From an uncultured virus (IMG/VR IMGVR_UViG_3300031839_001517) (Duplodnaviria; Heunggongvirae; Uroviricota; Caudoviricetes): a DNA stretch of 64,000 bases. Of this stretch, positions 31,335 to 41,696 are shown piece by piece (within the stretch, counting starts at the first letter, position 1; each line of letters opens with the position of its first letter). The notes beneath the pieces are model-generated. The model was given only the letters and a program-made list of their open reading frames with translations, made no database searches and was not told the DNA's origin. The position numbers and the translations under genes are program-made. The stretch is from the IMG/VR virus record IMGVR_UViG_3300031839_001517. The stretch is one strand, 5' to 3'.

Positions 31335-32536
31335 TCAAAGTCCCTAATGGTCTTGTGTAGAGCATCAGCTTTTGCCTTAGCGAGGTCCAAGCTTCTGTAA
31401 TTTGTCTTGAAGACCATCATTTCTGACTGAATACGCTCAGCAACCGGACACAGTCCGGGCTCATAACTTACACCTTCATAAATTGATGGCATTCTTCTCA
31501 CAAAACTTCTCTCAGTCATGACGGGCTCCAAGTAGGGTACGGACCAAGAGCCGTAAATACCATCGCCGCCGTTCTGCATGTATCGCTTTCTGAAATCTTG
31601 CCAAGAAACACCGTTGACCTTCTCTCCTTGATACCTCGCACCCAAACTCCAATAGCTGTTGGTGCTATAATCAGGCGTGTACTGTGGTATAAGGTAATCA
31701 CAGTTATCCATAGCGTCAAGAAAAATCTTTGCTGAATCTATACGCAACTTAACCAGATCATCTAATCTCTCGAGTTGTGCTAGTGCAATCGCCGACAGAA
31801 ACTCAGACAATCTGTAATTCCAGCCAATCGTGTCGTGGCGTTTATAGTTTGGGTTTTGAAACACGTCTAGGTCTGCCTTGACGCGGCCTTCATCTGCTTC
31901 AAGATTCTTGAAACCATGACCACCAACCTTGCGAGCCATCTTGGCATACTCAGAGTTATTTGTAATAAGAATACCGCCCTCGCCACAAGATAAGTGCTTC
32001 GAGTTCTCAAAACTATAACTTGCCATATCACCAATGGTACCAACCACTTGTCCCTTATAGGTGCTGGTAAAGCACTCAGCATTGTCTTCAATAACAGGAA
32101 TGCCATATTTATTTGAGATGCGCATAATTTCATCCATCTCACAAGGCAGACCATAAACACTAACAATGGAGATCGCCTTTGTCTTTGGTGTAATCTTCCT
32201 CTCTATATCTTCTGGGTCGATTGTGAATCTGTCTTCAAGTACATCTGCGTATACAGGAATCGCATTCGCATGAATCGTGGAACTTGTATTCATGATAACA
32301 GTAAATGCAGGAGAGATAACCTCATCGCCGGCTTGTACACCCACAGCTTCTAGTGCTGCATGTAGAGTGCTTGTTCCCGAGTTAAAGGCAATCCCATGCT
32401 TTGCAAACATCTTTGCAGCAAACTCTTTTTCAAGCTTACCGGTCCAACTACCTTCCGTAGAACTCCAACTTTCGGAGTTTAATACTTTGCTAATATATTC
32501 TAATTCGTTTCCAAGAAACTTACTGGGGTTATCCAT
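31331..32536 (-). CDS. DegT/DnrJ/EryC1/StrS PLP-dependent sugar aminotransferase
   Basis: NSGTSTLH, IEDNAE, SFENSKHLSCGEGG (catalytic Lys), GWNYRL. Confidence 0.93.
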   Translation of the reverse strand: MDNPSKFLGNELEYISKVLNSESWSSTEGSWTGKLEKEFAAKMFAKHGIAFNSGTSTLHAALEAVGVQAGDEVISPAFTVIMNTSSTIHANAIPVYADVLEDRFTIDPEDIERKITPKTKAISIVSVYGLPCEMDEIMRISNKYGIPVIEDNAECFTSTYKGQVVGTIGDMASYSFENSKHLSCGEGGILITNNSEYAKMARKVGGHGFKNLEADEGRVKADLDVFQNPNYKRHDTIGWNYRLSEFLSAIALAQLERLDDLVKLRIDSAKIFLDAMDNCDYLIPQYTPDYSTNSYWSLGARYQGEKVNGVSWQDFRKRYMQNGGDGIYGSWSVPYLEPVMTERSFVRRMPSIYEGVSYEPGLCPVAERIQSEMMVFKTNYRSLDLAKAKADALHKTIRDFE

Positions 32537-33293
32537 TTACTTCCTCTTTTAATTTTAGTTGCGTTTTGTTAATCTGATTCTGTTTCCATTGATTTTCTAA
32601 GAAGTAGTTTATAGCTATTACAGATGGATTAGAATCTAGATACGCCAGTATCTCTTTCATAGTATAAGAGGTATCATCGAAATAGTCAATTACATTTTTA
32701 AAAAAATCAAAATCTTCTTGATAATCCAGCGTCATTCTTATATCTTTTCTAAGTATGTGAGCGGGGATATTTTGCAAGTCTTGAACGTTAAAGAGACCCG
32801 TATCGGTAAAGTACACCCACATCATCTCGGTATCGTCTGTATCTTTGATTTCGCATACCTTTTTCAATGCTGTGTGTTTAATGCCATAAGTAAATGATCC
32901 GCAAACAACATCGTCTGATTTTATAAAATCAATCGAACCATCGGCATTATATTGTGTGAATGCGAGGTCCATCATTTCTGGGTCGCAGAATAAATCATCT
33001 CCATCAGCAGTGACAAAAAAATCTATCCCATACTCATGACAGGCACCGTTCCATCTTTCAAGTTTGTCGGATACACTTCCACGATGATATTCAATACCGT
33101 TTCTGGTTGCTATCTCACATAGCAAGTCGTCTTCTGGTAACTCCGTTGTGCATAAAACCACAACTTCGCCAAGCTTTGATTTCTTAGCTTGTTCTATAAC
33201 GTATTCGATTGTAGGTCGTCCTTTTATAGGCTTGTAACATTTATTGTTCAAGCGAGTGGAGGCGCTTCTGACTGTGATTAGTATTCCTCTCAT
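32529..33293 (-). CDS. Acylneuraminate/Kdo-type cytidylyltransferase (SpsF/KdsB-like)
   Basis: VRSASTRLNNK, ADGDD, RMTLDYQED. Confidence 0.85.
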   Translation of the reverse strand: MRGILITVRSASTRLNNKCYKPIKGRPTIEYVIEQAKKSKLGEVVVLCTTELPEDDLLCEIATRNGIEYHRGSVSDKLERWNGACHEYGIDFFVTADGDDLFCDPEMMDLAFTQYNADGSIDFIKSDDVVCGSFTYGIKHTALKKVCEIKDTDDTEMMWVYFTDTGLFNVQDLQNIPAHILRKDIRMTLDYQEDFDFFKNVIDYFDDTSYTMKEILAYLDSNPSVIAINYFLENQWKQNQINKTQLKLKEEVNG

Positions 33294-34057
33294 ATGCTTA
33301 TATTGTTTTCCTTAAGTGTGTCGATTAATCTTTGACAGGGCTTGTAATTTTGTCTTGTTTCTCTAATCATTCTCTCGATCGATCCTCTTGCTGAATAATA
33401 GCTATGTATATTCTTGGCGCCTAGGCCAAAAAATATTGTGCTACGATCATTGTTTTCTCCTACGTTTCCATGATGAAACAGTCTTTCATCAAAAACAACA
33501 ACATCGCCTGCTTTCACAGATAGATTAATCTCTTCCTGTGATTCTATTCTTTGTCTGTCGCTAATATTATCCGCGCCGGGAGTACCCATTCCGTTTTTGT
33601 GACTGCCGGCGTACACAGATAGTGCGCGCGCATCGGGATGATCTTGTAAATATACAGCTAGATTGTATACCTTAAATGGAGGTCCGTCAGTTAAATTTTC
33701 CTCTAAAAAGCTATAATTTGCAGGCTTTTCGGTCAAGTGTCTAATTTGTGTATCATCATGCCAACCTAGAGCCAAAAAGTTATGGTGAACATCAAAGTTG
33801 TGCAGAAAACAAACTTCATTGTCCAACAACTCTCTCATTGGTCCCATTAGCGTATTTAAAGAAAATATGTCATGTAATGCAAATAGCTTTTTATTGTTCA
33901 AAGCATTTGGTTGAGCGGTATTTCCCTCAACAGCCGTGTTTGGCCCTGAAAAGTAATCTACAATTGTTTTCTTAAAAATTTTTACATACTCTTCCGGGAT
34001 CGCGCCCTCGATAACATAGTAGCCACTATCTGATATTGCTTCTTTTATGTTAGTCAT
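33290..34057 (-). CDS. PhyH-type 2OG/Fe(II) dioxygenase
   Basis: GYYVIEGA, GWHDD (HxD), AGDVVVFDERLFHHG, downstream R. Confidence 0.8.
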   Translation of the reverse strand: MTNIKEAISDSGYYVIEGAIPEEYVKIFKKTIVDYFSGPNTAVEGNTAQPNALNNKKLFALHDIFSLNTLMGPMRELLDNEVCFLHNFDVHHNFLALGWHDDTQIRHLTEKPANYSFLEENLTDGPPFKVYNLAVYLQDHPDARALSVYAGSHKNGMGTPGADNISDRQRIESQEEINLSVKAGDVVVFDERLFHHGNVGENNDRSTIFFGLGAKNIHSYYSARGSIERMIRETRQNYKPCQRLIDTLKENNISI

Positions 34058-34919
34058 TCTGCTCTCCTATAAAATAATCTCTAAGTAAATCGTCAATCTT
34101 CAACTTATGTGGATAGTGAACTTCTAAGAGTCTTTTAAAAAATTCCATTTGAGGCTCAATTGCGTGTATATCATGCCTGTAATGTTGAGTGTTTTCTCCG
34201 TTTACCTTTTTCATTGACTCTTCATCTTCAAACTCATCATAATACACAATCCCGCATTTTCCAAAATTGTAAAATGAATTTCCAGTTATATAGAGGCTCT
34301 CTAAGTCATAGTTCATCAGCACAACCATAGCCGAAAGGCCGGTACTTGATGTAGTGCCGACCTCCTTGTAAACTTTAAATAGGTATCCATCGCTAACATT
34401 GTGCCACGGAACGTTCCAAGAATCAACTATCTTTCCATATTTATCCCTATCCCACATTGATGGTCCGGCGCCGTATATATGTTTGAGAGCTTTGACCCAG
34501 GCTATGTTCTCACTTAGCGCTGCCATAGAGGGGGCATTCAAATTACTAGCCAACACATCAGTTCGATGGCCAAAATCACTCCATCGGTGCTTTGGTATCT
34601 CTTGAGTTTGATTAACGCGGACGATTACATCGTGACTTTCTATGAAGTCACCCATACCTTTGCCAACGAGATGAGCAGACGGGCCCACAAAAGCAACTGT
34701 TTTACCTTCTACAAGTTCAGCGAAATGCGGATCCTTTTGGTAGTCTTCAAATTTTCCCGGAAATGGCTCAGATCCATATGCATTTTGCATTGAACCCAAA
34801 TGAGCTAACTGAGCTTCTGGAATGGGATTGCTGCAAATCCAAGGCTGTGGTGGGAAGGAGCAGGGAACACCTGCTACAGTCGAAGATATTTCATCAAACC
34901 ATTTTTCCACGTCTACCAT
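34050..34919 (-). CDS. GT29 sialyltransferase-like glycosyltransferase
   Basis: Sialylmotif-L-like VAFVGPSAHLVGKGMGDFIESHDVIVRVN..DFGHRTD; S-like SSTGLSAMVVL; YY and terminal HAIEPQ (VS-like). Confidence 0.78.
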   Translation of the reverse strand: MVDVEKWFDEISSTVAGVPCSFPPQPWICSNPIPEAQLAHLGSMQNAYGSEPFPGKFEDYQKDPHFAELVEGKTVAFVGPSAHLVGKGMGDFIESHDVIVRVNQTQEIPKHRWSDFGHRTDVLASNLNAPSMAALSENIAWVKALKHIYGAGPSMWDRDKYGKIVDSWNVPWHNVSDGYLFKVYKEVGTTSSTGLSAMVVLMNYDLESLYITGNSFYNFGKCGIVYYDEFEDEESMKKVNGENTQHYRHDIHAIEPQMEFFKRLLEVHYPHKLKIDDLLRDYFIGEQND

Positions 34920-35863
34920 ATGAAATTATCCTTGTAGTATTTAACAATGTCATAAATCTCTTCGTCAAACTTCTTCTTTGGCGCCCAGCCAAGCGCTCGG
35001 AGCTTATCATCATTCAAAGCATATCTGACGTCTTGTCCTTCTCTTGAATAGGAGAAGTCTACATGATCCTCCCACTTGTATTCTGATTCGTGAAAATGAT
35101 CAATAACTTTCAGGACTGTGTCAATGTTCTTTTGTTCAAATCCACCAGCAACGTTAAACACTTCATTTGTGGCGCCAGAGTCAATTATTGTCATGACTGC
35201 TTCTGCTGTATCATCCGCATGTAGCCAGTTACGGACTGGTGTTCCGGCGTTGTGCAGTCTAATCTTTTTATCTCTCATGAGGTTCTTGACTGAAAGAGGG
35301 ATAAGTTTCTCTGGGTATTGACCGATGCCGTAGTTATTGGTAGGTCGCAAGATTATATACTCTAAATCGTATGTTCTTGCCCACGCCAGTACAAGCATAT
35401 CAGCAGCGGCTTTGGCGGCGGAGTATGGATTACTGGGGTGTAATATGTCAGATTCGGTGTGCTCACCTTCTACAATATCACCGTATACCTCGTCAGTACT
35501 GAAATGAAAGAATATAGGGCGCCTGTTGCAGTTAACTGGTTTATTTCTTACGAGATCAAGCAAGTTTTGAACACCAACAATATTGCTGTCTATAAACTCC
35601 TTACTACTAATAATACTGTTGCCTACATGTGACTCCGCGGCTGTGTTTATCACATAGTCGCAATCATACAGGTGGTCTAGATCCTTGATATCTACGTTTA
35701 AATACTCAAAGTTGTCATGAGACATGAACTCTTGCCATAGCGATGTATTCGCCACATAAGTTTCCTTGTCGATACCATATACCTTCCACCCACGGTCGAG
35801 ACACTTTCTCGTAACATAGGAACCAATAAAACCTAAACAACCGGTAATATATACTAGCTTCAT
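34913..35863 (-). CDS. rfbB: dTDP-glucose 4,6-dehydratase-like
   Basis: TGCLGFIG, AAESHV, STDEVYG, YSAAK, NNYGIGQYPEKLIP, RNWLH. Confidence 0.88.
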   Translation of the reverse strand: MKLVYITGCLGFIGSYVTRKCLDRGWKVYGIDKETYVANTSLWQEFMSHDNFEYLNVDIKDLDHLYDCDYVINTAAESHVGNSIISSKEFIDSNIVGVQNLLDLVRNKPVNCNRRPIFFHFSTDEVYGDIVEGEHTESDILHPSNPYSAAKAAADMLVLAWARTYDLEYIILRPTNNYGIGQYPEKLIPLSVKNLMRDKKIRLHNAGTPVRNWLHADDTAEAVMTIIDSGATNEVFNVAGGFEQKNIDTVLKVIDHFHESEYKWEDHVDFSYSREGQDVRYALNDDKLRALGWAPKKKFDEEIYDIVKYYKDNFIW

Positions 35864-37200
35864 TAAATGCCCTCGAAAAAGTTATCTACCGCTTCCTTAA
35901 TGTATGCCATCTTCTCATCTGTAAGACCCACATAGGTTCCCAAGAAGAAGGAATTGGTTGTCACTAGCTGAGCATTCGGAAACGTTTCATTCATATCTCC
36001 GTACTCGTCAGCTAAGTGAATATATCCGGGATGTGCTAAGATATTTCCTGAGAAATATGAGCGTGTTTGAATCTTTGCATCCTCGAGATGGGATACAATA
36101 TCGTTACGAGAAAATGGTGCGTCTTCTCGGATTGTAAGAAGATAGGCGAACCAACAAGGATCTGCCTTCTCAGTGGCCGCGGGTACATGAAAATACTTCT
36201 TGTAAGGCTCAAATATCGCGCTCAGCTTCTCGAAGTTCGCGCGACGACCACTATCTAGCATGGGAAGCTTTTCAAGCTGTTGTAGACCCATTGCAGCCTG
36301 TAAATCTAGCGGTTTAAGGTTGTATCCGATTTCGTCGAAAACATACCGGTGATCATACACAGCATCTTTGAGGCCCGGCAGCCAATTTTTGAATCGATTA
36401 CCACAGGCAGTGCCGCTTGTGACATTACCGGGCTTTTGAGTGTTACAATAACATGCTCGACCCCAGTCTCTAATACTAGCAAGGATTGTCCGAGTGCGTT
36501 GGCTGTTGGTTGCAATGAACCCGCCTTCACCCATGGTCATGTGGTGAGCCGGAAAAAACGAGCACGTAGACATGTCTCCATAAGAACCTAGTTTTTTTCC
36601 ATCGTAATAGGAACCTAGTGCGTCACACGCATCTTCCAAGAACACAAGATCATACTTGTCAACTAAGGCCATCAGTCTATCCATGTCTGGCGGGTTCCCA
36701 AGTACGTGTGCAAAAATAATACCCTTGATACCGGGGTCTGCTTCAAGGGCCTCCTCAACTTTGTCGAGATCTAGATTGACGCTTGGAAGTTCAACATCTA
36801 CAAACACGGGTACCAAATTATTTTGGATTATAGGGTTGATTGTGGTCGGAAAACATACAACTGGAGTTATAATCTTATCCCCATCGTAAAGCTGCTTTTT
36901 AAATCTTCTAGATTTCGTTGCAGCAACCATAAGAAGGTTTGCTGACGAACCTGAGTTTGTCAATGACCCATACAGTTTTCCTAACTTGGCAGGGAACTGG
37001 CGTTCAAATTCGCGGGCGTTCTTGCCAAAAATCATCCAGCCATCAAGAACTTGCTTGATTGCTGCTAGGTATTCTTTATCATCAAACACAGGGCCTGAGT
37101 AAGAAACCCAATCTTCTCCCGGTGTCCACGTTTCATTTTCTTGCTTCTCTGAAACATATTCAGATACTAAGTTTAGGATTTGCTCCAATTTTTCAGACAT
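35863..37200 (-). CDS. rfbH: NDP-4-keto-6-deoxyglucose 3-dehydratase (RfbH/DdhC, E1)
   Basis: TNSGSSANL, SFFPAHHMTMGEGG (His replaces the PLP-Lys), RDWGRACYC..TACG Fe-S cysteines, YDHRY, GYNLK. Confidence 0.9.
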   Translation of the reverse strand: MSEKLEQILNLVSEYVSEKQENETWTPGEDWVSYSGPVFDDKEYLAAIKQVLDGWMIFGKNAREFERQFPAKLGKLYGSLTNSGSSANLLMVAATKSRRFKKQLYDGDKIITPVVCFPTTINPIIQNNLVPVFVDVELPSVNLDLDKVEEALEADPGIKGIIFAHVLGNPPDMDRLMALVDKYDLVFLEDACDALGSYYDGKKLGSYGDMSTCSFFPAHHMTMGEGGFIATNSQRTRTILASIRDWGRACYCNTQKPGNVTSGTACGNRFKNWLPGLKDAVYDHRYVFDEIGYNLKPLDLQAAMGLQQLEKLPMLDSGRRANFEKLSAIFEPYKKYFHVPAATEKADPCWFAYLLTIREDAPFSRNDIVSHLEDAKIQTRSYFSGNILAHPGYIHLADEYGDMNETFPNAQLVTTNSFFLGTYVGLTDEKMAYIKEAVDNFFEGI

Positions 37201-38024
37201 TCTTCCATTCCTCTCTGTAAGCCTATTAGGTTGATTTCTAAATCTTCAATTAAAAAACTATCGCCAGTGTATGCGTTGGCCATGTTTTCGCTTTCTATGA
37301 TAACATCTTCGGTGTTTTTTGTCAAGTCTTTAATCATGCCGGCATAATCACTTAGCTTGTATTTTTTGCTGTATGAGAGGTTTATATCTCTCGGGATATC
37401 ATAGTCATTGTAATTTGTTACTATGTTCTCTATTACCCGGCCCACATCCTGTGCGTAAAAGTAGTCCATGTATTTATCCTGAGTGATAATGGCATTAATT
37501 CCTTTTGAAAATTTGTCGTAACAAGTACGAAAAAGCCTCTGGGATTCTTCATGAATACCAAAGCATCCAAAGAGCCTGAGATTGAACACATTTGAATCTA
37601 GCTCATAAATTTTTCTAGTGATTAAATTTTTAGCTAGGCCGTATAAATCTCTTGGGCTCTGATCCCATATGTTTATTTCTATTTTGTTGTTTATATCAAA
37701 TCTTCGGTCGAATTCAGCGCCGGAACCAAAATTAAACATAAATTTAAACTGATCTCTAAATTTTATAAGATTCTGAAACATTGCGATATTATTCATAAAG
37801 TGGTCTATATTTTCATATGCCCCTCTTTTGCCACCCTGTACAGCGGTGTGGATTACAATGTCTATCTTGTTTGTTTCAAACATTCTTTTTACATCTTCGT
37901 AGTTTGTAACATCCATTGACTTTCGATCAGTTAAAATGATATTGTACTCTTTCTCGCTATTTGAAAAATAATCATTCATTTCTTTTGCTAGGAATCCATT
38001 TCCACCAGTTATCAATATATTCAT
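37173..38024 (-). CDS. NAD-dependent nucleotide-sugar epimerase/reductase
   Basis: TGGNGFLA, GSGAEF, YGLAK, LRLFGCFG. Confidence 0.85.
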   Translation of the reverse strand: MNILITGGNGFLAKEMNDYFSNSEKEYNIILTDRKSMDVTNYEDVKRMFETNKIDIVIHTAVQGGKRGAYENIDHFMNNIAMFQNLIKFRDQFKFMFNFGSGAEFDRRFDINNKIEINIWDQSPRDLYGLAKNLITRKIYELDSNVFNLRLFGCFGIHEESQRLFRTCYDKFSKGINAIITQDKYMDYFYAQDVGRVIENIVTNYNDYDIPRDINLSYSKKYKLSDYAGMIKDLTKNTEDVIIESENMANAYTGDSFLIEDLEINLIGLQRGMEECLKNWSKS

Positions 38025-38926
38025 TTTTTCATAATCTCCTCGACAACACTAGCCAATCTTTTCTCTGAAGTGTTCTGTTTAAGAAACCTCTTGTGGCCAT
38101 TGCTGGCTATCTTTTCAACAATATCTGGGTTCTTCTTCAAAAAAAGCATTTTTTCTTTAAACTCCTGCACCGTTGAGAATGTTACTATTTCCTTCTTGAT
38201 GTCGTAATATTCCTCTATCCCTTCGTGATACTCAGTCACCAGAAGACCTGCGCCGGCAGGGATCTCAAAAATCCTTTGTTTCATTTGAGTTTTCTTGTCG
38301 GGATCGTTATTGTTGATAGACAAGTTTATGCTTATTTTACTATTGGAGAAGGTATTAAATAGATCTTCCTGAGTTAAACCAAAGAAATATTCCATTTCAA
38401 CATCAGCAAGCTTGAAGAATTTATCTCTGCTTGGGTTGGGGGCGCCGATAAATGAAGTCTCTATTGGTTTATCTTTGAAAGGTACGACAGGATAATACTC
38501 ATGATTAGCATGCCAGTTTGCAAGGATAATATTATCGTAACCTATCTCTTTATATTTTTCAAGGTAGCTCCTTTCAGGCGTTGAGCAGACATGGAAATAG
38601 CCGCACGAGATTGATGAAAAGTTATCAAACCTCCACGTGTCATCACAGTACCAGTTAAATGTTTTAGCTATTCCTTTTTGTGTTATTTCTAATAATTCAT
38701 CCCATGGTTCTTTTGGGGTTATGATCTTGTTTCCGGTCAAAATGCAGAAAATTAAATCTGGCTGGAACCTCATGACTATCTCCGCAAACGAGCCTTCTTC
38801 ATCTCCACCCACTGTATCGTAGAAATAAACTTCGTGGCCGAGCTTAATAAGGGGTTCCCAAAAATACCACCAGATGCTGTCTGGGCTTCCTCGATATGTC
38901 TTGTTTGCTACTAATAATATTTTCAT
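38021..38926 (-). CDS. CgeB-family (GT-B) glycosyltransferase
   Basis: WYCDDTWR, SFIG, SKISINL, RIFEIPAGAG, IASNGHKR. Confidence 0.8.
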   Translation of the reverse strand: MKILLVANKTYRGSPDSIWWYFWEPLIKLGHEVYFYDTVGGDEEGSFAEIVMRFQPDLIFCILTGNKIITPKEPWDELLEITQKGIAKTFNWYCDDTWRFDNFSSISCGYFHVCSTPERSYLEKYKEIGYDNIILANWHANHEYYPVVPFKDKPIETSFIGAPNPSRDKFFKLADVEMEYFFGLTQEDLFNTFSNSKISINLSINNNDPDKKTQMKQRIFEIPAGAGLLVTEYHEGIEEYYDIKKEIVTFSTVQEFKEKMLFLKKNPDIVEKIASNGHKRFLKQNTSEKRLASVVEEIMKK

Positions 38927-39399
38927 CGTTTTAGATTCATGTAGAGGGGAGTCTTCTTATCAAGCACATACTTAAAATCAGCATGCATCTTCCCCACATT
39001 CGAAGGGTGGACAGTTTTGATATTTTTAAAATTACTCATGATTTCCCTATCCTCTTCGGCCCAATGTGAAAAGCCCAGATAACCGTAGTCACGGTCTCTT
39101 CCACCCCCTATCAATTTTACGGGTATTTTTTCATGGTCTACATAATTACGCACAAATTCAAATGGTCGATATAGGAGAAATGGAGTTATAGAATAAACCA
39201 CAGGGACTTTGCCCTCCATAGCAAATCCTGCTGCCATTCCCATCATAAGTTGTTCGGAGGAACCAACATTAAAGAATCGGTCTTGGTAATCTATTCTGAT
39301 ACGGTCCCACAGCCCATAACCCAAGTCACCGGTTAAAACCACGATATCTTTGTTTTTTCCCATCTCGAGGTGAAGCCTTTCTGCAAAATCACGCCTCAT
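38923..39399 (-). CDS. Transketolase-like pyrimidine-binding subunit (short)
   Basis: LTGDLG, RFFNVGSSEQLMMGMAAG, GFSHWAEED. Confidence 0.9.
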   Translation of the reverse strand: MRRDFAERLHLEMGKNKDIVVLTGDLGYGLWDRIRIDYQDRFFNVGSSEQLMMGMAAGFAMEGKVPVVYSITPFLLYRPFEFVRNYVDHEKIPVKLIGGGRDRDYGYLGFSHWAEEDREIMSNFKNIKTVHPSNVGKMHADFKYVLDKKTPLYMNLKR

Positions 39400-40039
39400 C
39401 GCTTAAAATCCTTTTTGCTAAATCATAATCTTTTTCGTTCATCACGTGATAGTGTGCATTTAAACCACGGAGAAACGGGAAAGTACCCACATCAGTGTAA
39501 ATGATATTAATGTCAGGCAAGAATGCTTCCAGCCTCTTTACTAGATATTTGGTGTCCACTGAATCATATGCTGCGTACCCATTCACATTAACGTATATCT
39601 TTATATTCTTGACGTTGTTTTCATAGATAAACTTCAACGACTCCCAGATGCTGCCCTCAGCGCACTCCCCATCACTTATCAAACAGTGTACGGTTCGGTC
39701 TGGGTCTGCCAGTGCTCGACCAACTGCTACTGTGATTCCCATGCCGAGACTGCCTGTCGAACAGAACAGGTCATCTTCTTCACAGCGGTGAGGGTGGCCT
39801 CCGTGCTTTTGGAACAAAACGCTAGCATCGTGGTGTAGATATTTTTCTAACACCACATATAGTGCCAAAGCGCAATGGCCGGCTGAGAGGATAAAGATAT
39901 CATCTTCTGCCTTGTCAGCAAAAATATCGTCAATGATTCCGACACTAGAAAAATAGCTACCCAAATGAGATAGCTTATTCTCGTATGCAATGTCTAGAAT
40001 TCTATTTACTAAATCTCGTCTTTCCATTTTTCTCTCCAA
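39389..40039 (-). CDS. Transketolase-like TPP-binding subunit
   Basis: SHLGS, FILSAGH, STGSLGMG, ISDGECAEGSIWE, NVNG. Confidence 0.9.
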   Translation of the reverse strand: MERKMERRDLVNRILDIAYENKLSHLGSYFSSVGIIDDIFADKAEDDIFILSAGHCALALYVVLEKYLHHDASVLFQKHGGHPHRCEEDDLFCSTGSLGMGITVAVGRALADPDRTVHCLISDGECAEGSIWESLKFIYENNVKNIKIYVNVNGYAAYDSVDTKYLVKRLEAFLPDINIIYTDVGTFPFLRGLNAHYHVMNEKDYDLAKRILSDEA

Positions 40040-40755
40040 AAATCTTGAATCATCTTATCGTAATTGATTCCTTCTTTGTGAACCTTCCAAGTTGCTTGTC
40101 CTTCATGCCACCTGTAACAAAATCCTATCCACGCTGGAACGGAATATATGAAAACTCCGGAGTCTACCAGTCGACAGTATAAATCATAATCTGCGGCACC
40201 ACCAAACTTTTCTGGGAACGTTTCAAGTAAACCCATTTCGTGTAACGACGCATCATAGAAAACAGATGGAGAGTTAACAACACAGCGTTGCAAACTTTGT
40301 GACATAAACTGCTCTCTATTTTCATATCGATACTCAATAAGACCAGTGCGAACTTTCCCTCTCGGGTGATCCTTGAAACCCATCGCGATGCTTTGAAATG
40401 CCCTGATTGTTCCTTTTGACTTCTGTATAATTTCTATACAGTTTTTTACGTAATCTTTTTCTATTAAATCATCAGAACCTATGACAGTCACGTAATCTCC
40501 AGTCATAAGTCTGTACCCTTCTTCGCGGGCCTCATCCCAACAATTAGGATATATATTTTTAGCACTGGAAATAATCAGATTATCGTGATGTTCAGCCATG
40601 GCTTGTAAAATTGCCATTGTGTTATCTGTACTTTCGTTATCCACTGCAATCACTTCTATATTTTCATACGTCTGAGTAACTGCTGATAACACACATTCAG
40701 CCACAAACTTTTCAGAATTGTAGCATGGGATTATAACTGTTACTTTGGGGCTCAT
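40009..40755 (-). CDS. GT2 glycosyltransferase
   Basis: VIIPCYN, VDNESTD, GSDD, ADYDL. Confidence 0.92.
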   Translation of the reverse strand: MSPKVTVIIPCYNSEKFVAECVLSAVTQTYENIEVIAVDNESTDNTMAILQAMAEHHDNLIISSAKNIYPNCWDEAREEGYRLMTGDYVTVIGSDDLIEKDYVKNCIEIIQKSKGTIRAFQSIAMGFKDHPRGKVRTGLIEYRYENREQFMSQSLQRCVVNSPSVFYDASLHEMGLLETFPEKFGGAADYDLYCRLVDSGVFIYSVPAWIGFCYRWHEGQATWKVHKEGINYDKMIQDFWREKWKDEI

Positions 40756-41696
40756 AATTTTACCAACTCTTGTATCCTATTAGTATAACAATGATTGGTC
40801 AATATGTCATCTTTGTTTTTGCTTTTAATTTCTTCCAGATCGGACGGATTTAAATTCAGCAAATCTCGTGTTATTTCAACAATCTCGTTTGCATCTAAAC
40901 TTGTTTTAACCTCTGGGAAAAGGCGACCTAGTTGGCCAACTGTATCAGAAACAAGAGCACCATTCAGTCCTAGCGATTTAAAAGTTCTTTCATTTGTGTC
41001 AAGACCGAGAGATCGCTGATAAGCATCATGGATGTTTAATGTCAATTTACTATTCCTCAAAAGATCGCATTCTTGTTGGTGAGTAAGGTTCTTGTTGACG
41101 AAAAATCCACATTTCAAGCCAGAATCTTTAAATTTACTAAAAATATCAATTATAATCTTTCTTTTTTCATCAAATCCATTGTTTGCCCAGCCACCCACAA
41201 AGGATATATCAAACTGCTGAAACTTACTAACAACATTTGGATTGTAATTTAAGTTATCAAAAGCCAATGGAATAGTGTGAATTGGCTTTTGCCAAAGATG
41301 GTAGTATTCCTCTCTAACATCTGCAAATGTCCAATAAACTACGTTGTCTAATTTGTTTAACTCAGTAATCCATTTGGTATCAAGTATATTTCTGAAATTA
41401 GGGTGGGCGCCCCATGGTTCTGGAAATTGTGTTGGTTGGACAAACAGAAATGCTTTGTTTGCATTTTGTACTGCTGTCAGGGCAGTATCACAGTTTATCA
41501 TATCTGCTGTGCACATCATGTAATAATCATCATTAAGTGTTTTGGAATCCGTGGGAAAAAACATCATCGTTGTTGTTTCGGGATTGTTAACATCAGGGTG
41601 GTAAATTTCATACCCAAGTTTATCCCACGCTGCGGCAATTCCGTTATAGATCCACCTGCCAGCATGTCCGGAATATTGTACACAGTATACCTTCAC
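40752..41696 (-). CDS. CgeB-like glycosyltransferase
   Basis: DISFVG, SKLTLNIH, NERTFK, HCYTNR. Confidence 0.75.
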   Translation of the reverse strand: MKVYCVQYSGHAGRWIYNGIAAAWDKLGYEIYHPDVNNPETTTMMFFPTDSKTLNDDYYMMCTADMINCDTALTAVQNANKAFLFVQPTQFPEPWGAHPNFRNILDTKWITELNKLDNVVYWTFADVREEYYHLWQKPIHTIPLAFDNLNYNPNVVSKFQQFDISFVGGWANNGFDEKRKIIIDIFSKFKDSGLKCGFFVNKNLTHQQECDLLRNSKLTLNIHDAYQRSLGLDTNERTFKSLGLNGALVSDTVGQLGRLFPEVKTSLDANEIVEITRDLLNLNPSDLEEIKSKNKDDILTNHCYTNRIQELVKL

